Source: Eledone cirrhosa
Lineage: Eukaryota
Reading direction: 5' to 3'
Assembly: GCA_964016885.1 (NCBI GenBank)
Contig: OZ024740.1
Location: 442,494,001-442,558,000 of the forward strand
Length of the DNA: 64,000 bases
Under the pieces are notes generated by a model. That model had not been told where the DNA came from. It was given only the letters and a program-made list of their open reading frames with translations, and made no database searches. Each line of letters opens with the position of its first letter. The stretch's first letter is position 1. A program made the translations under genes and the position numbers. Below, piece by piece: positions 16,750 through 32,243 of this stretch.

Positions 16750-19700
16750 AATGAACAAGTCACCATGTTGCTACATAAATGTAATGAACAAGTCATCATG
16801 TTGCTACATCAATGTAATGAACAAGTCATCATGTTGCTACATAAATGTAATGGACAAGTCATCATGTTGCTACATCAATGTAATGAACAAGTCATCATGT
16901 TGCTACATCAATGTAATGAACAAGTCATCATGTTGCTACATCAATGTAATGAACAAGTCATCATGTTGCTACATCAATGTAATGAACAAGTCATCATGTT
17001 GCTACATAAATGTAATGAACAAGTCATCATGTTGCTTCATAAATGTAATGAACAAGTCATCAGGTTACTACATAAATGTAATGAACATGTCATCAAGTTG
17101 CTACATAAATGTAATGAAAAAGTCATGTTGCTACATAAATTTAAAGAACACGTCATCATGTTGCTACATCAATGTAATGAACAAGTCATCATGTTGCTAC
17201 ATCAATGTAATGAACAAGTCATCATGTTGCTACATAAATGTAATTAACAAGTCACCATTTTGCTACATAAATGTAATGAACAAGTCATCATGTTGCTACA
17301 TAAATGTAATGAACAAGTCATCATGTTGCTACATCAATGTAATGAACAAGTCATCATGTTGCTACATAAATGTAATGGACAAGTCATCATGTTGCTACAT
17401 AAATGTAATGAACAAGTCATCATGTTGCTACATCAATGTAATGAACAAGTCATCATGTGGCTACATAAATGTAATGAATAAGTCATCATGTTGCTACATA
17501 AATGTAATGAACAAGTCATCAGGTTACTACATAAATGTAATGAACAAGTCATCATGTTGCTACATAAATGTAATGAACAAGTCATCATGTTGCTACATAA
17601 ATGTAATGAACAACTCATCATGTTGCTACATCAATGTAATGAACAAGTCATCATGTTGCTACATAAAAGTAATGAACAAGTCATCATGTTGCTACATAAA
17701 TGTAATGAACAAGTCATCATGTTGCTACATAAATGAAATGAACAAGTCATCATGTTGCTACATCAATGTAATGAACAAGTCATCATGTTGCTACATAAAT
17801 GTAATGAACAAATCATCAGGTTGCTACATCAATGTAATGAACAAGTCACCATGTTGCTACATAAATGTAATGAACAAGTCATCATGTTGCTACATAAATG
17901 TAATGAACAAGTCATCAGGTTGCTACATCAATGTAATGAACAAGTCACCATGTTGCTACATAAATGTAATGAACAAGTCATCATGTTGCTACATCAATGT
18001 AATGAACAAGTCATCATGTTGCTACATTAATGAACAAGTCACCATGTTGCTACATTAATGAACAAGTCACCATGTTGCTACATAAATGTAATGAACAAGT
18101 CACCATGTTGCTACATAAATGTAATGAACAAGTCACCATGTTGCTACATAAATGTAATGAACAAGTCACCATGTTGCTACATAAATGTAATGAACAAGTC
18201 ATCATGTTGCTACATCAATGTAATGAACAAGTCATCATGTTGCTACATAAATGTAATGAACAGGTCATCATGTTGCTACATAAATGTAATGAACAGGTCA
18301 TGTTGCTACATCAATGTAATGAACAAGTCATCATGTTGCTACATAAATGTAATTAACAAGTCACCATGTTGCTACATAAATCTAATGAACAAGTCATCAT
18401 GTTGCTAGATAAATGTAATGAACAAGTCATCATGTTGCTACATAAATGTAATGAACAAGTCATCATGTTGCTACATCAATGTAATGAACAAGTGATCATG
18501 TTGCTACATCAATGTAATGAACAAGTCATCATGTTGCTACATAAATGTAATGAACAAGTCACCATGTTGCTACATAAATGTAATGAACAAGTCATCATGT
18601 TGCTACATCAATGTAATGAACAAGTCATCATGTTGCTACATAAATGTAATGAACAAGTCATCATGTTGCTACATAAATGTAATGAACAAGTCATCAGGTT
18701 GCTACATCAATGTAATGAACAAGTCACCATGTTGCTACATAAATGTAATGAACAAATCAACATGTTGCTACATCAATGTAATGAACATGTCATCATGTTG
18801 CTACATAAATGTAATTAACAAGTCACCATGTTGCTACATAAATCTAATGAACAAGTCATCATGTTGCTACATAAATGTAATGAACAAGTCATCATGTTGC
18901 TACATCAATGTAATGAACAAGTCATCATGTTGCTACATCAATGTAATGAACAAGTCATCATGTTGCTACATCAATGTAATGAACAAGTCATCAGGTTGCT
19001 ACATCAATGTAATGGACAAGTCATCATGTTGCTACATCAATGTAATGAACAAGTCATCATGTTGCTGCATCAATGTAATGAACAAGTCATCATGTTGCTA
19101 CATAAATGTAATGGACAAGTCATCATGTTGCTACATCAATGTAATGAACAAGTCATCATGTTGCTACATCAATGTAATGAACAAGTCATCATGTTGCTAC
19201 ATCAATGTAATGAACAAGTCATCATGTTGCTACATCAATGTAATGAACAAGTCATCATGTTGCTACATAAATGTAATGAACAAGTCATTATGTTGCTTCA
19301 TAAATGTAATGAACAAGTCATCAGGTTACTACATAAATGTAATGAACAAGTCATCAAGTTGCTACATAAATGTAATGAAAAAGTCATCATGTTGCTACAT
19401 AAATTTAAAGAACAGGTCATCATGTTGCTACATCAATGTAATGAACAAGTCATCATGTTGCTACATAAATGTAATGAACAAGTCATCATGTTGCTACATC
19501 AATGTAATGAACAAATCATCATGTTGCTATATAAATGTAACGAACAAGTCATCATGTTGCTACATCAATGTAATGAACAAGTCATCATGTTGCTACATGA
19601 ATGTAATGAACAAGTCATGATGTTGCTACGTCAATGTAATGAACAAGTCATCATGTTGCTACATAAATGTAATGAACAAGTCATCATGTTGCTACATAAA

Positions 19701-22700
19701 TGTAATGAACAAGTCATCATGTAGCTACATAAATGTAATGAACAAGTCATCATGTAGCTACATAAATGTAATGAACAAGTCATCATGTTGTTACATAAAT
19801 GTAATGAACAAGTCATCATGTTGCTACATAAATGTAATGAACAAGTCATCATGTTGCTACATCAATGTAATGAAGAAGTCATCATGCTGCTACATAAATG
19901 TAATGAACAAGTCATCATGTTGCTACATCAATGTAATGAACAAGTCATCATGTTGCTACATAAATGTAATGAACAAATCATCAGGTTGCTACATCAATGT
20001 AATGAAAAAGTCACCATGTTGCTACATAAATGTAATGAACAAGTCATCATGTTGCTACATCAATGTAATGAACATGTCATCATGTTGCTACATCAATGTA
20101 ATGAACAAGTCATCATGTTGCTACATCAATGTAATGAACAAGTCATCATGTTGCTACATAAATGTAATGAACAAGTTATCATGTTGCTACATCAATGTAA
20201 TGAACAAGGCACCATGTTGCTACATAAATGTAATGAACAAGTCATCATGTTGCTACATAAACGTAATGAACAAGTCATCAGGTTGCTACATCAATGTAAT
20301 GAACAAGTCACCATGTTGCTACATAAATGTAATGAACAAGTCATCATGTTGCTACATCAATGTAAAGAACAAGTCATCATGTTGCTACATTAATGAACCA
20401 GTCACCATGTTGCTACATTAATGAACAAGTCACCATGTTGCTACATAAATGTAATGAACAAGTCACCATGTTGCTACATAAATGTAATGAACAAGTCACC
20501 ATGTTGCTACATAAATGTAATGAACAAGTCACCATGTTGCTACATAAATGTAATGAACAAGTCATCATGTTGCTACATCAATGTAATGAACAAGTCATCA
20601 TGTTGCTACATAAATGTAATGAACAGGTCATCATGTTGCTACATAAATGTAATGAACAGGTCATGTTGCTACATCAATGTAATGAACAAGTCATCATGTT
20701 GCTACATCAATGTAATGAACAAGTCATCATGTTGCTACATAAATGTAATGAACAGGTCATCACGTTGCTACATAAATGTAATGAACTAGTCACCATGTTG
20801 CTACATAAATGTAGTGAACAAGTCATCATGTTGCTACATAAATGTAAAGAACAGGTCATCATGTTGCTACATCAATGTAATGAACAAGTCATCATGTTGC
20901 TACATAAATATAATGAACAAGTCATCATGTTGCTACATACATGTAATGAACAAGTCATCATGTTGCTACATAAATGTAATGAACAAGTCATCATGTTGCT
21001 ACATCAATGTAATGAACAAGTCATCATGTTGCTACATAAATGTAATTAACAAGTCACCATGTTGCTACATAAATTTAAAGAACAGGTCATCATGTTGCTA
21101 CATCAATGTAATGAACAAGTCATCATGTTGCTACATAAATGTAATGAACAAGTCATCATGTTGCTACATCAATGTAATGAACAAATCATCATGTTGCTAT
21201 ATAAATGTAACGAACAAGTCATCATGTTGCTACATGAATGTAATGAACAAGTCATCATGTTGCTACATGAATGTAATGAACAAGTCATGATGTTGCTACG
21301 TCAATGTAATGAACAAGTCATCATGTTGCTACATAAATGTAATGAACAAGTCATCATGTTGCTACATAAATGTAATGAACAAGTCATCATGTAGCTACAT
21401 AAATGTGATGAACAAGTCATCATGTAGCTACATAAATGTAATGAACAAGTCATCATGTTGTTACACAAATGTAATGAACAAGTCATCATGTTGCTACATA
21501 AATGTAATGAACAAGTCATCATGTTGCTACATCAATGTAATGAAGAAGTCATCATGTTGCTACATAAATGTAATGAACAAGTCATCATGTTGCTACATCA
21601 ATGTAATGAACAAGTCATCATGTTGCTACATAAATGTAATGAACAAATCATCAGGTTGCTACATCAATGTAATGAAAAAGTCACCATGTTGCTACATAAA
21701 TGTAATGAACAAGTCATCATGTTGCTACATCAATGTAATGAACAAGTCATCATGTTGCTACATAAATGTAATGAACAGGTCATCATGTTGCTACATAAAT
21801 GTAATGAACAGGTCATGTTGCTACATCAATGTAATGAACAAGTCATCATGTTGCTACATCAATGTAATGAACAAGTCATCATGTTGCTACATAAATGTAA
21901 TGAACAGGTCATCACGTTGCTACATAAATGTAATGAACAAGTCACCATGTTGCTACATAAATGTAGTGAACAAGTCATCATATTGCTACATAAATGTAAA
22001 GAACAGGTCATCATGTTGCTACATCAATGTAATGAACAAGTCATCATGTTGCTACATAAATATAATGAACAAGTCATCATGTTGCTACATACATGTAATG
22101 AACTAGTCATCATGTTGCTACATAAATGTAATGAACAAGTCATCATGTTGCTACATCAATGTAATGAACAAGTCATCATGTTGCTACATAAATGTAATTA
22201 ACAAGTCACCATGTTGCTACATAAATCTAATGAAAAAGTCATCATGTTGCTACATAAATGTAATGAACAAGTCATCATGTTGCTACATAAATGTAATGAA
22301 CAAGTCATCATGTTGCTACATCAATGTAATGAACAAGTCATCATGTTGCTACATAAATGTAATGGACAAGTCATCATGTTGCTACATCAATGTAATGAAC
22401 AAGTCATCATGTTGCTACATCAATGTAATGAACAAGTCATCATGTTGCTACATAAATGTAATGAATAAGTCATCATGTTGCTACATAAACGTAATGAACA
22501 AGTCACCATGTTGCTACATAAATGTAATGAACAAGTCACCATGTTGCTACATACATGTAATGAACTAGTCATCATGTTGCTACATAAATGTAATGAACAA
22601 GTCATCATGTTGCTACATCAATGTAATGAACAAGACATCATGTTGCTACATAAATGTAATTAACAAGTCACCATGTTGCTACATAAATCTAATGAACAAG

Positions 22701-25700
22701 TCATCATGTTGCTACATAAATGTAATGAACAAGTCATCATGTTGCTACATAATTGTAATGAACAAGTCATCATGTTGCTACATCAATGTAATGAACAAGT
22801 CATCATGTTGCTACATAAATGTAATGGACAAGTCATCATGTTGCTACATCAATGTAATGAACAAGTCATCATGTTGCTACATCAATGTAATGAACAAGTC
22901 ATCATGTTGCTACATAAATGTAATGAATAAGTCATCATGTTGCTACATAAATGTAATGAACAAGTCACCATGTTGCTACATAAATGTAATGAACAAGTCA
23001 CCATGTTGCTACGTAAATGTAATGAACAAGTCATCATGTTGCTACATCAATGTAATGAACAAGTCATCATGTTGCTACATAAATGTAATGAACAGGTCAT
23101 CATGTTGCTACATAAATGTAATGAACAGGTCATGTTGCTACATCAATGTAATGAACAAGTCCTCATGTTGCTACATCAATGTAATGAACAAGTCATCATG
23201 TTGCTACATAAATGTAATGAACAGGTCATCACGTTGCTACATAAATGTAATGAATAAGTCACCATGTTGCTACATAAATGTAGTGAACAAGTCATCATGT
23301 TGCTACATAAATGTAAAGAACAGGTCATCATGTTGCTACATCAATGTAATGAACAAGTCATCATGTTGCTACATAAATATAATGAACAAGTCATCATGTT
23401 GCTACATACATGTAATGAACTAGTCATCATGTTGCTACATAAATGTAATGAACAAGTCATCATGTTGCTACATAAATGTAATTAACAAGTCACCATGTTG
23501 CTACATAAATCTAATGAACAAGTCATCATGTTGCTACATAAATGTAATGAACAAGTCATCATGTTGCTACATAAATGTAATGAACAAGTCATCATGTTGC
23601 TATATCAATGTAATGAACAAGTCATCATGTTGCTACATAAATGTAATGGACAAGTCATCATGTTGCTACATCAATGTAATGAACAAGTCATCATGTTGCT
23701 ACATCAATGTAATGAACAAGTCATCATGTTGCTACATACATGTAATGAATAAGTCATCATGTTGCTACATAAATGTAATGAACAAGTCATCAGGTTACTA
23801 CATAAATGTAATGAACAAGTCATCATGTTGCTACATAAATGTAATGAACAAGTCATCATGTTGCTACATAAATGTAATGAACAACTCATCATGTTGCTAC
23901 ATCAATGTAATGAACAAGTCATCATGTTGCTACATAAATGTAATGAACAAGTCATCATGTTGCTACATAAAAGTAATGAACAAGTCATCATGTTGCTACA
24001 TAAATGTAATGAACAAGTCATCATGTTGCTACATAAATGAAATGAACAAGTCATCATGTTGCTACATCAATGTAATGAACATGTCATCATGTTGCTACAT
24101 AAATGTAATGAACAAATCATCAGGTTGCTACATCAATGTAATGAACAAGTCACCATGTTGCTACATAAATGTAATGAACAAGTCATCATGTTGCTACATA
24201 AATGTAATGAACAAGTCATCAGGTTGCTACATCAATGTAATGAACAAGTCACCATGTTGCTACATAAATGTAATGAACAAGTCATCATGTTGCTACATCA
24301 ATGTAATGAACAAGTCATCATGTTGCTACATTAATGAACAAGTCACCATGTTGCTACATTAATGAACAAGTCACCATGTTGCTACATAAATGTAATGAAC
24401 AAGTCACCATGTTGCTACATAAATGTAATGAACAAGTCACCATGTTGCTACATAAATGTAATGAACAAGTCACCATGTTGCTACATAAATGTAATGAACA
24501 AGTCATCATGTTGCTACATCAATGTAATGAACAAGTCATCATGTTGCTACATAAATGTAATGAACAGGTCATCATGTTGCTACATAAATGTAATGAACAG
24601 GTCATGTTGCTACATCAATGTAATGAACAAGTCATCATGTTGCTACATAAATGTAATTAAAAAGTCACCATGTTGCTACATAAATCTAATGAACAAGTCA
24701 TCATGTTGCTAGATAAATGTAATGAACAAGTCATCATGTTGCTACATAAATGTAATGAACAAGTCATCATGTTGCTACATCAATGTAATGAACAAGTGAT
24801 CATGTTGCTACATCAATGTAATGAACAAGTCATCATGTTGCTACATAAATGTAATGAACAAGTCACCATGTTGCTACATAAATGTAATGAACAAGTCATC
24901 ATGTTGCTACATCAATGTAATGAACAAGTCATCATGTTGCTACATAAATGTAATGGACAAGTCATCATGTTGCTACATCAATGTAATGAACAAGTCATCA
25001 TGTTGCTACATCAATGTAATGAACAAGTCATCATGTTGCTACATCAATGTAATGAACAAGTCATCATGTTGCTACATCAATGTAATGAACAAGTCATCAT
25101 GTTGCTACATAAATGTAATGAACAAGTCATCATGTTGCTTCATAAATGTAATGAACAAGTCATCAGGTTACTACATAAATGTAATGAACATGTCATCAAG
25201 TTGCTACATAAATGTAATGAAAAAGTCATGTTGCTACATAAATTTAAAGAACACGTCATCATGTTGCTACATCAATGTAATGAACAAGTCATCATGTTGC
25301 TACATCAATGTAATGAACAAGTCATCATGTTGCTACATAAATGTAATTAACAAGTCACCATTTTGCTACATAAATGTAATGAACAAGTCATCATGTTGCT
25401 ACATAAATGTAATGAACAAGTCATCATGTTGCTACATCAATGTAATGAACAAGTCATCATGTTACTACATAAATGTAATGGACAAGTCATCATGTTGCTA
25501 CATAAATGTAATGAACAAGTCATCATGTTGCTACATCAATGTAATGAACAAGTCATCATGTGGCTACATAAATGTAATGAATAAGTCATCATGTTGCTAC
25601 ATAAATGTAATGAACAAGTCATCAGGTTACTACATAAATGTAATGAACAAGTCATCATGTTGCTACATAAATGTAATGAACAAGTCATCATGTTGCTACA

Positions 25701-28700
25701 TAAATGTAATGAACAACTCATCATGTTGCTACATCAATGTAATGAACAAGTCATCATGTTGCTACATAAAAGTAATGAACAAGTCATCATGTTGCTACAT
25801 AAATGTAATGAACAAGTCATCATGTTGCTACATAAATGAAATGAACAAGTCATCATGTTGCTACATCAATGTAATGAACAAGTCATCATGTTGCTACATA
25901 AATGTAATGAACAAATCATCAGGTTGCTACATCAATGTAATGAACAAGTCACCATGTTGCTACATAAATGTAATGAACAAGTCATCATGTTGCTACATAA
26001 ATGTAATGAACAAGTCATCAGGTTGCTACATCAATGTAATGAACAAGTCACCATGTTGCTACATAAATGTAATGAACAAGTCATCATGTTGCTACATCAA
26101 TGTAATGAACAAGTCATCATGTTGCTACATTAATGAACAAGTCACCATGTTGCTACATTAATGAACAAGTCACCATGTTGCTACATAAATGTAATGAACA
26201 AGTCACCATGTTGCTACATAAATGTAATGAACAAGTCACCATGTTGCTACATAAATGTAATGAACAAGTCACCATGTTGCTACATAAATGTAATGAACAA
26301 GTCATCATGTTGCTACATCAATGTAATGAACAAGTCATCATGTTGCTACATAAATGTAATGAACAGGTCATCATGTTGCTACATAAATGTAATGAACAGG
26401 TCATGTTGCTACATCAATGTAATGAACAAGTCATCATGTTGCTACATAAATGTAATTAACAAGTCACCATGTTGCTACATAAATCTAATGAACAAGTCAT
26501 CATGTTGCTAGATAAATGTAATGAACAAGTCATCATGTTGCTACATAAATGTAATGAACAAGTCATCATGTTGCTACATCAATGTAATGAACAAGTGATC
26601 ATGTTGCTACATCAATGTAATGAACAAGTCATCATGTTGCTACATAAATGTAATGAACAAGTCACCATGTTGCTACATAAATGTAATGAACAAGTCATCA
26701 TGTTGCTACATCAATGTAATGAACAAGTCATCATGTTGCTACATAAATGTAATGAACAAGTCATCATGTTGCTACATAAATGTAATGAACAAGTCATCAG
26801 GTTGCTACATCAATGTAATGAACAAGTCACCATGTTGCTACATAAATGTAATGAACAAATCAACATGTTGCTACATAAATGTAATTAACAAGTCACCATG
26901 TTGCTACATAAATCTAATGAACAAGTCATCATGTTGCTACATAAATGTAATGAACAAGTCATCATGTTGCTACATCAATGTAATGAACAAGTCATCATGT
27001 TGCTACATCAATGTAATGAACAAGTCATCATGTTGCTACATCAATGTAATGAACAAGTCATCAGGTTGCTACATCAATGTAATGGACAAGTCATCATGTT
27101 GCTACATCAATGTAATGAACAAGTCATCATGTTGCTGCATCAATGTAATGAACAAGTCATCATGTTGCTACATAAATGTAATGGACAAGTCATCATGTTG
27201 CTACATCAATGTAATGAACAAGTCATCATGTTGCTACATCAATGTAATGAACAAGTCATCATGTTGCTACATCAATGTAATGAACAAGTCATCATGTTGC
27301 TACATCAATGTAATGAACAAGTCATCATGTTGCTACATAAATGTAATGAACAAGTCATCATGTTGCTTCATAAATGTAATGAACAAGTCATCAGGTTACT
27401 ACATAAATGTAATGAACAAGTCATCAAGTTGCTACATAAATGTAATGAAAAAGTCATCATGTTGCTACATAAATTTAAAGAACAGGTCATCATGTTGCTA
27501 CATCAATGTAATGAACAAGTCATCATGTTGCTACATAAATGTAATGAACAAGTCATCATGTTGCTACATCAATGTAATGAACAAATCATCATGTTGCTAT
27601 ATAAATGTAACGAACAAGTCATCATGTTGCTACATCAATGTAATGAACAAGTCATCATGTTGCTACATGAATGTAATGAACAAGTCATGATGTTGCTACG
27701 TCAATGTAATGAACAAGTCATCATGTTGCTACATAAATGTAATGAACAAGTCATCATGTTGCTACATAAATGTAATGAACAAGTCATCATGTAGCTACAT
27801 AAATGTAATGAACAAGTCATCATGTAGCTACATAAATGTAATGAACAAGTCATCATGTTGTTACATAAATGTAATGAACAAGTCATCATGTTGCTACATA
27901 AATGTAATGAACAAGTCATCATGTTGCTACATCAATGTAATGAAGAAGTCATCATGCTGCTACATAAATGTAATGAACAAGTCATCATGTTGCTACATCA
28001 ATGTAATGAACAAGTCATCATGTTGCTACATAAATGTAATGAACAAATCATCAGGTTGCTACATCAATGTAATGAAAAAGTCACCATGTTGCTACATAAA
28101 TGTAATGAACAAGTCATCATGTTGCTACATCAATGTAATGAACATGTCATCATGTTGCTACATCAATGTAATGAACAAGTCATCATGTTGCTACATCAAT
28201 GTAATGAACAAGTCATCATGTTGCTACATAAATGTAATGAACAAGTTATCATGTTGCTACATCAATGTAATGAACAAGGCACCATGTTGCTACATAAATG
28301 TAATGAACAAGTCATCATGTTGCTACATAAACGTAATGAACAAGTCATCAGGTTGCTACATCAATGTAATGAACAAGTCACCATGTTGCTACATAAATGT
28401 AATGAACAAGTCATCATGTTGCTACATCAATGTAAAGAACAAGTCATCATGTTGCTACATTAATGAACCAGTCACCATGTTGCTACATTAATGAACAAGT
28501 CACCATGTTGCTACATAAATGTAATGAACAAGTCACCATGTTGCTACATAAATGTAATGAACAAGTCACCATGTTGCTACATAAATGTAATGAACAAGTC
28601 ACCATGTTGCTACATAAATGTAATGAACAAGTCATCATGTTGCTACATCAATGTAATGAACAAGTCATCATGTTGCTACATAAATGTAATGAACAGGTCA

Positions 28701-29130
28701 TCATGTTGCTACATAAATGTAATGAACAGGTCATGTTGCTACATCAATGTAATGAACAAGTCATCATGTTGCTACATCAATGTAATGAACAAGTCATCAT
28801 GTTGCTACATAAATGTAATGAACAGGTCATCACGTTGCTACATAAATGTAATGAACTAGTCACCATGTTGCTACATAAATGTAGTGAACAAGTCATCATG
28901 TTGCTACATAAATGTAAAGAACAGGTCATCATGTTGCTACATCAATGTAATGAACAAGTCATCATGTTGCTACATAAATATAATGAACAAGTCATCATGT
29001 TGCTACATACATGTAATGAACAAGTCATCATGTTGCTACATAAATGTAATGAACAAGTCATCATGTTGCTACATCAATGTAATGAACAAGTCATCATGTT
29101 GCTACATAAATGTAATTAACAAGTCACCAT
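16750..29130. repeat. Duplicated ~4.3-kb block of satellite A: ~16750-21060 repeated at ~24850-29130 (offset 8103 then 8070 bp)
   Basis: Private variants are shared in the same order: GTTGCTTCAT ~17031/25134, TCACCATTTTG ~17252/25355, CATGTGGCT ~17454/25557, AAATCAACATG ~18754/26857, GTTGCTGCAT 19061/27131, GAACCAGTC ~20395/28465. The offset drops by exactly one monomer (33 bp) part-way through. Confidence 0.85.
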
Positions 29131-31320
29131 GTTGCTACATAAATCTAATGAACAAGTCATCATGTTGCTACATAAATGTAATGAACAAGTCATCATGTTG
29201 CTACATAAATGTAATGAACAAGTCATCATGTTGCTACATCAATGTAATGAACAAGTCATCATGTTGCTACATAAATGTAATGGACAAGTCATCATGTTGC
29301 TACATCAATGTAATGAACAAGTCATCATGTTGCTACATCAATGTAATGAACAAGTCATCATGTTGCTACATAACTGTAATGGACAAGTCATCATGTTGCT
29401 ACATAAATGTAATGAACAAGTCATCAGGTTACTACATAAATGTAATGAACAAGTCATCATGTTGCTACATAAATGTAATGAACAAGTCATCATGTTGCTA
29501 CATAAATGTAATGAACAACTCATCATGTTGCTACATCAATATAATGAACAAGTCATCATGTAGCTACATAAATGTAATGAACAAGTCATCATGTAGCTAC
29601 ATAAATGTAATGAACAAGTCATCATGTTGTTACATAAATGTAATGAACAAGTCATCATGTTGCTACATAAATGTAATGAACAAGTCATCATGTTGCTACA
29701 TCAATGTAATGAAGAAGTCATCATGCTGCTACATAAATGTAATGAACAAGTCATCATGTTGCTACATCAATGTAATGAACAAGTCATCATGTTGCTACAT
29801 AAATGTAATGAACAAATCATCAGGTTGCTACATCAATGTAATGAAAAAGTCACCATGTTGCTACATAAATGTAATGAACAAGTCATCATGTTGCTACATC
29901 AATGTAATGAACATGTCATCATGTTGCTACATCAATGTAATGAACAAGTCATCATGTTGCTACATCAATGTAATGAACAAGTCATCATGTTGCTACATAA
30001 ATGTAATGAACAAGTTATCATGTTGCTACATCAATGTAATGAACAAGGCACCATGTTGCTACATAAATGTAATGAACAAGTCATCATGTTGCTACATAAA
30101 CGTAATGAACAAGTCATCAGGTTGCTACATCAATGTAATGAACAAGTCACCATGTTGCTACATAAATGTAATGAACAAGTCATCATGTTGCTACATCAAT
30201 GTAAAGAACAAGTCATCATGTTGCTACATTAATGAACCAGTCACCATGTTGCTACATTAATGAACAAGTCACCATGTTGCTACATAAATGTAATGAACAA
30301 GTCACCATGTTGCTACATAAATGTAATGAACAAGTCACCATGTTGCTACATAAATGTAATGAACAAGTCACCATGTTGCTACATAAATGTAATGAACAAG
30401 TCATCATGTTGCTACATCAATGTAATGAACAAGTCATCATGTTGCTACATAAATGTAATGAACAGGTCATCATGTTGCTACATAAATGTAATGAACAGGT
30501 CATGTTGCTACATCAATGTAATGAACAAGTCATCATGTTGCTACATCAATGTAATGAACAAGTCATCATGTTGCTACATAAATGTAATGAACAGGTCATC
30601 ACGTTGCTACATAAATGTAATGAACTAGTCACCATGTTGCTACATAAATGTAGTGAACAAGTCATCATGTTGCTACATAAATGTAAAGAACAGGTCATCA
30701 TGTTGCTACATCAATGTAATGAACAAGTCATCATGTTGCTACATAAATATAATGAACAAGTCATCATGTTGCTACATACATGTAATGAACAAGTCATCAT
30801 GTTGCTACATAAATGTAATGAACAAGTCATCATGTTGCTACATCAATGTAATGAACAAGTCATCATGTTGCTACATAAATGTAATTAACAAGTCACCATG
30901 TTGCTACATAAATCTAATGAACAAGTCATCATGTTGCTACATAAATGTAATGAACAAGTCATCATGTTGCTACATAAATGTAATGAACAAGTCATCATGT
31001 TGCTACATCAATGTAATGAACAAGTCATCATGTTGCTACATAAATGTAATGGACAAGTCATCATGTTGCTACATCAATGTAATGAACAAGTCATCATGTT
31101 GCTACATCAATGTAATGAACAAGTCATCATGTTGCTACATAACTGTAATGGACAAGTCATCATGTTGCTACATAAATGTAATGAACAAGTCATCAGGTTA
31201 CTACATAAATGTAATGAACAAGTCATCATGTTGCTACATAAATGTAATGAACAAGTCATCATGTTGCTACATAAATGTAATGAACAACTCATCATGTTGC
31301 TACATCAATATAATGAACAA
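27790..31320. repeat. Tandem duplication of a 1769-bp (54-monomer) unit of satellite A
   Basis: Markers recur at +1769: GTAGCTACAT 27791/29560, 28-bp monomer 28463/30232, TAACTGTAATGG 29371/31140, and ORF starts 29129/30898. 1769 = 54x33-13 (deletions of 5+5+3). Confidence 0.88.
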
Positions 31321-32243
31321 GTCATCATGTTGCTACATAAATGTAATGAACAAGTCATCATGTTGCTACATAAAAGTAATGAACAAGTCATCATGTTGCT
31401 ACATAAATGTAATGAACAAGTCATCATGTTGCTACATAAATGAAATGAACAAGTCATCATGTTGCTACATCAATGTAATGAACAAGTCATCATGTTGCTA
31501 CATAAATGTAATGAACAAATCATCAGGTTGCTACATCAATGTAATGAACAAGTCACCATGTTGCTACATAAATGTAATGAACAAGTCATCATGTTGCTAC
31601 ATAAATGTAATGAACAAGTCATCAGGTTGCTACATCAATGTAATGAACAAGTCACCATGTTGCTACATAAATGTAATGAACAAGTCATCATGTTGCTACA
31701 TCAATGTAATGAACAAGTCACCATGTTGCTACATTAATGAACAAGTCACCATGTTGCTACATAAATGTAATGAACAAGTCACCATGTGTCTACATAAATG
31801 TAATGAACAAGTCACCATGTTGCTACATAAATGTAATGAACAAGTCACCATGTTGCTACATAAATGTAATGAACAAGTCATCATGTTGCTACATCAATGT
31901 AATGAACAAGTCATCATGTTGCTACATAAATGTAATGAACAGGTCATCATGTTGCTACATAAATGTAATGAACAGGTCATGTTGCTACATCAATGTAATG
32001 AACAAGTCATCATGTTGCTACATAAATGTAATTAACAAGTCACCATGTTGCTACATAAATCTAATGAACAAGTCATCATGTTGCTAGATAAATGTAATGA
32101 ACAAGTCATCATGTTGCTACATAAATGTAATGAACAAGTCATCATGTTGCTACATCAATGTAATGAACAAGTGATCATGTTGCTACATCAATGTAATGAA
32201 CAAGTCACCATATTGCTACATAAATGTAATGAACAAGTCATCA

